From the NCBI GenBank assembly GCA_977017575.1, contig CDRNVI010000003.1:124001-188000 (forward strand): a stretch of 64,000 nt of DNA. The letters run 5' to 3'. Position 1 is the stretch's first letter. Every line of letters starts with the position of its first letter. This stretch comes from Paramoeba atlantica (Eukaryota; Protista; Discosea). The notes under the pieces are model-generated. The model ran no database searches, had not been told where the DNA came from, and saw only the letters and a program-made list of their open reading frames with translations. Of the stretch, positions 61,434-64,000 are shown in pieces. The translations under genes were made by a program, and so were the position numbers.

Positions 61434-62441
61434 TTAGAATGAACAGACTTCTAAAATTGTGTCACATAATTTCTGTTCGTTCGGAAGATAATGCGCTTCG
61501 TGAATATGAGGAAAAGGTGAGTCAAGTCCACATACCCGACGTGGAGGAGCGTCTAAGTACAAGAAGCACTCCTTCGTAAGCGAAGCAACTAATTCCGCCC
61601 CAAACCCAGACGTAACGGGAGCTTCATGCGTCACCAAAAATCGCCCTGTTTTCCTTACAGACGCCGCAAGCGTGGCCAAATCAAACGGCAACAACGTGCG
61701 AAGATCAATCACCTCCACCGAGAGGCCTTCCCGTTGCACTTTCGCCAATTCTACCCCCGCATGCACTCTCCGCAGCTGCGCTCCGTAGGAAATCACCGTG
61801 AGGTCATGTCCTTCCGTCACCACACGAGCCTCTCCCAGGGGGGTATAAAACCCCTCACACTCCACCTCCTGAGTTACCGTACGATACAGTGCCTTGGGCT
61901 CCAGAAACACACACGGGTTACGATCCTCTATACAGGACAGCAACAACCCCTTCGCCTCAGACGGGGTAGAGGGCATCACCACTTTCAACCCCGGCAGGTG
62001 CGTAAGAAAACTCTCCGGGCTCTGGGAGTGGTACGTCCCTCCGTGGCCGACTGCTCCACAGGGGGCACGCACGGTAAGCCCCCCACAATCAAACATCCCC
62101 CCACTACGGTAGCGGTACTTTGCCGCCTCATTCGCGAGTTGATCCAACCCGGGGTAGAGGTAATCCGCGAACTGAATCTCCGCAATCGCCTCCCACCCGT
62201 TGGAGGCAAGACCGATGGCAAACCCCATGATGCCTTGCTCCGTGTCGGGGGTGTTGAACACACGACCCTTGCCGTATTTGGACTGTAGCCCGAGGGAACA
62301 GCGAAACACCCCGCCAAAGGCAACGTCCTCCCCGAAGAAAAAGGTTTTCGGAGACGACCCGAGTGCGCAGTCCAGCGCGCTGTTGATGGCTTGTGCCATG
62401 TTCATCTCGATTTTTTGGCGCCACGGGGGAAGGAGACGCAT
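61434..62441 (-). CDS. BCKDHB: 2-oxoisovalerate (branched-chain keto acid) dehydrogenase E1 beta subunit
   Basis: FGEDVAFGGVFRCSLGLQSKYGKGRVFNTP, AEIQFADY, YHSQSPE, VTHEAPVTSGFGAE. Confidence 0.95.
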   Translation of the reverse strand: MRLLPPWRQKIEMNMAQAINSALDCALGSSPKTFFFGEDVAFGGVFRCSLGLQSKYGKGRVFNTPDTEQGIMGFAIGLASNGWEAIAEIQFADYLYPGLDQLANEAAKYRYRSGGMFDCGGLTVRAPCGAVGHGGTYHSQSPESFLTHLPGLKVVMPSTPSEAKGLLLSCIEDRNPCVFLEPKALYRTVTQEVECEGFYTPLGEARVVTEGHDLTVISYGAQLRRVHAGVELAKVQREGLSVEVIDLRTLLPFDLATLAASVRKTGRFLVTHEAPVTSGFGAELVASLTKECFLYLDAPPRRVCGLDSPFPHIHEAHYLPNEQKLCDTILEVCSF

Positions 62442-63216
62442 GGTAGAGACTCCGCAGTGTGCTGCTCGTGTTAGCGGATACGTGGTAGGCCGTGGGGGGT
62501 TTAGTGAGGAGGTTAAAACATCAATTTGAATGGGTACATGGCAAATTTTTGTGGATACTTCGTAACGGAATAGTAAAAGAAGGTTTCACTGGAGAGATGG
62601 ACAGCATTGCGAATTTCTCATAGGGGGTAACAAGGATAGAGAAAAGTGAGTCTAATATGTTTGTTTCTCAAAAAAAGGTTAATCATTGCTTCTGTCAATT
62701 TGTGCATTTTATTTTTTCCCCACCGAGAGTTCATTTCTTTTAGTTAGAACTCGGATAGAAAAGCTACTTTTAGACAGATATTCTGTGTATACAAATCTAC
62801 AATATGAACACGGCTATTATTTTTACGGAAAATGAAAAAGAAAGTGCTATTCTACTGTGTAAGTGTGATACAAGAGGTAAAATTTATATTATTGTAGCGC
62901 TATTAGATTTCTCTCTTGGACCGAACGATAAATGTTCTTTGCTTACGAAGAGAGGAGTTCTAGCAATTTGTTTATATCATATTTCAAAAAATAACTGCGC
63001 CTGCAACTTTTGATCACTATCCAGTTAAAAAACTGGATTACACGACTTACTTTGTACAGTGAGACTAAAATTGAATAACCACAATACCATCATAATATTT
63101 TTCTTTCGTCAGTTTTGTAAATATCACCAGTAAAAGAAACTAGTAAGATTGACGGTAAAGCATTCTTATTTCCTACGTAGACTAATTTTAACAATTCAAC
63201 TAAAAGGAAGCCATTT

Positions 63217-63645
63217 CTAAAGTTTACCATTAAGAAGGTACATCATAAGAGCGGTCCCAGCATAGGTCATCACTGCGTAGTACCCTTGGTTAATCGCAAT
63301 CAGACGCCATGGCCTGTGCTCCCACACACATCCTCCCGCTGACGTCAATGAGAACCCGACATGCATCATTGTCACGGTTATTAAGGCCTGCTGGTTGAGT
63401 CCCCCACGAAGCAGTCTCAGGGAGTTCAGGACATGGTGGACCGTCGCGATTCGAAGTGCATTCAAGAACGTGCCAACCACAAAACTGAATGGAATCGGGT
63501 ACTGGTTTGCCCAACGCTCAAAGCGGCGTGCCTTGTCAGAATTCATCAAGGAAACCCACTGCCGGTTAAAGATAGGGCCATACCAGAGAGCGCCAAGTGC
63601 GGTCATAGCAAATCCGCACAATGCAAAGACGAGGTACAGATGCAT
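63217..63645 (-). CDS. DUF1761-family membrane protein
   Basis: ALGALWYGPIFNRQW motif, four hydrophobic helices, WEHRPWRLIAINQGY. Confidence 0.7.
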   Translation of the reverse strand: MHLYLVFALCGFAMTALGALWYGPIFNRQWVSLMNSDKARRFERWANQYPIPFSFVVGTFLNALRIATVHHVLNSLRLLRGGLNQQALITVTMMHVGFSLTSAGGCVWEHRPWRLIAINQGYYAVMTYAGTALMMYLLNGKL

Positions 63646-64000
63646 GTCGTTTGGTTAAAACTGTGAAGAAAGAATACAAAGACGAAATACTCCGAAAATA
63701 TGATAGGGAAAATATTTGTTTTTGTTGATAAGATACGCTGTCCTTTTCGATGTAATAAAAAAAGAGAATACCATTCATAGGCACGAGCCTTATGGACTAT
63801 TTCGCTTTCATATTAGAGATGTGACACATTTAATTGTTGAATATACTAAATCACACCTCACCTACTATATTGCACTATTTTGTGTCCTAAAACTTGACCA
63901 GCACTACGTTACTATCCTTACGAAGAAATACTGTACATCATTGCTAAAGAAACAATGAGATACCCTTTTGTCACTTTTCTTCAGCCAAATTATTAGTTTT

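Overview
Eukaryotic, intron-less, gene-dense DNA. All ~29 credible protein-coding genes lie on the minus strand, as one >63 kb directional cluster. This layout, a KREPB-type RNA-editing protein (U1 zinc finger + degenerate RNase III) and a spliced-leader (SL) exon-like sequence followed by a GT donor point to a kinetoplastid. The LRR family style suggests a Perkinsela-like (Prokinetoplastina) lineage; this is an inference, not verified. Housekeeping genes: Sas10, Sec10-like, multi-bromodomain, Vps52-like, KREPB-like, LETM1-like, ADAT3, importin-alpha-like, RPB12, RluA-type pseudouridine synthase, PWP1, katanin/Vps4-clade AAA, BCKDH E1-beta, DUF1761. These are interleaved with 11 single-exon LRR genes that share a conserved N-terminal leader. 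Intergenic blocks (about 17.2-20.5, 22.5-23.6, 24.6-31.2, 40.6-43.7, 48-49.2 and 54-60.4 kb) hold many cut-and-paste DNA-transposon relics, mostly with TA target duplications: Tc1/mariner remnants and MITEs, a PIF/Harbinger-ISL2EU-like element, a hAT-like transposase in a triple-nested stack, and a Pif1 helicase fragment. Most notable observations: (1) a solitary SL-RNA-like locus next to a repeated structured motif with compensatory base changes (59.8-60.4 kb); (2) the LRR leader motif; (3) the diversity, nesting and antisense orientation of DNA transposons in an apparent kinetoplastid. All assignments come from manual motif reading; no database searches were run.
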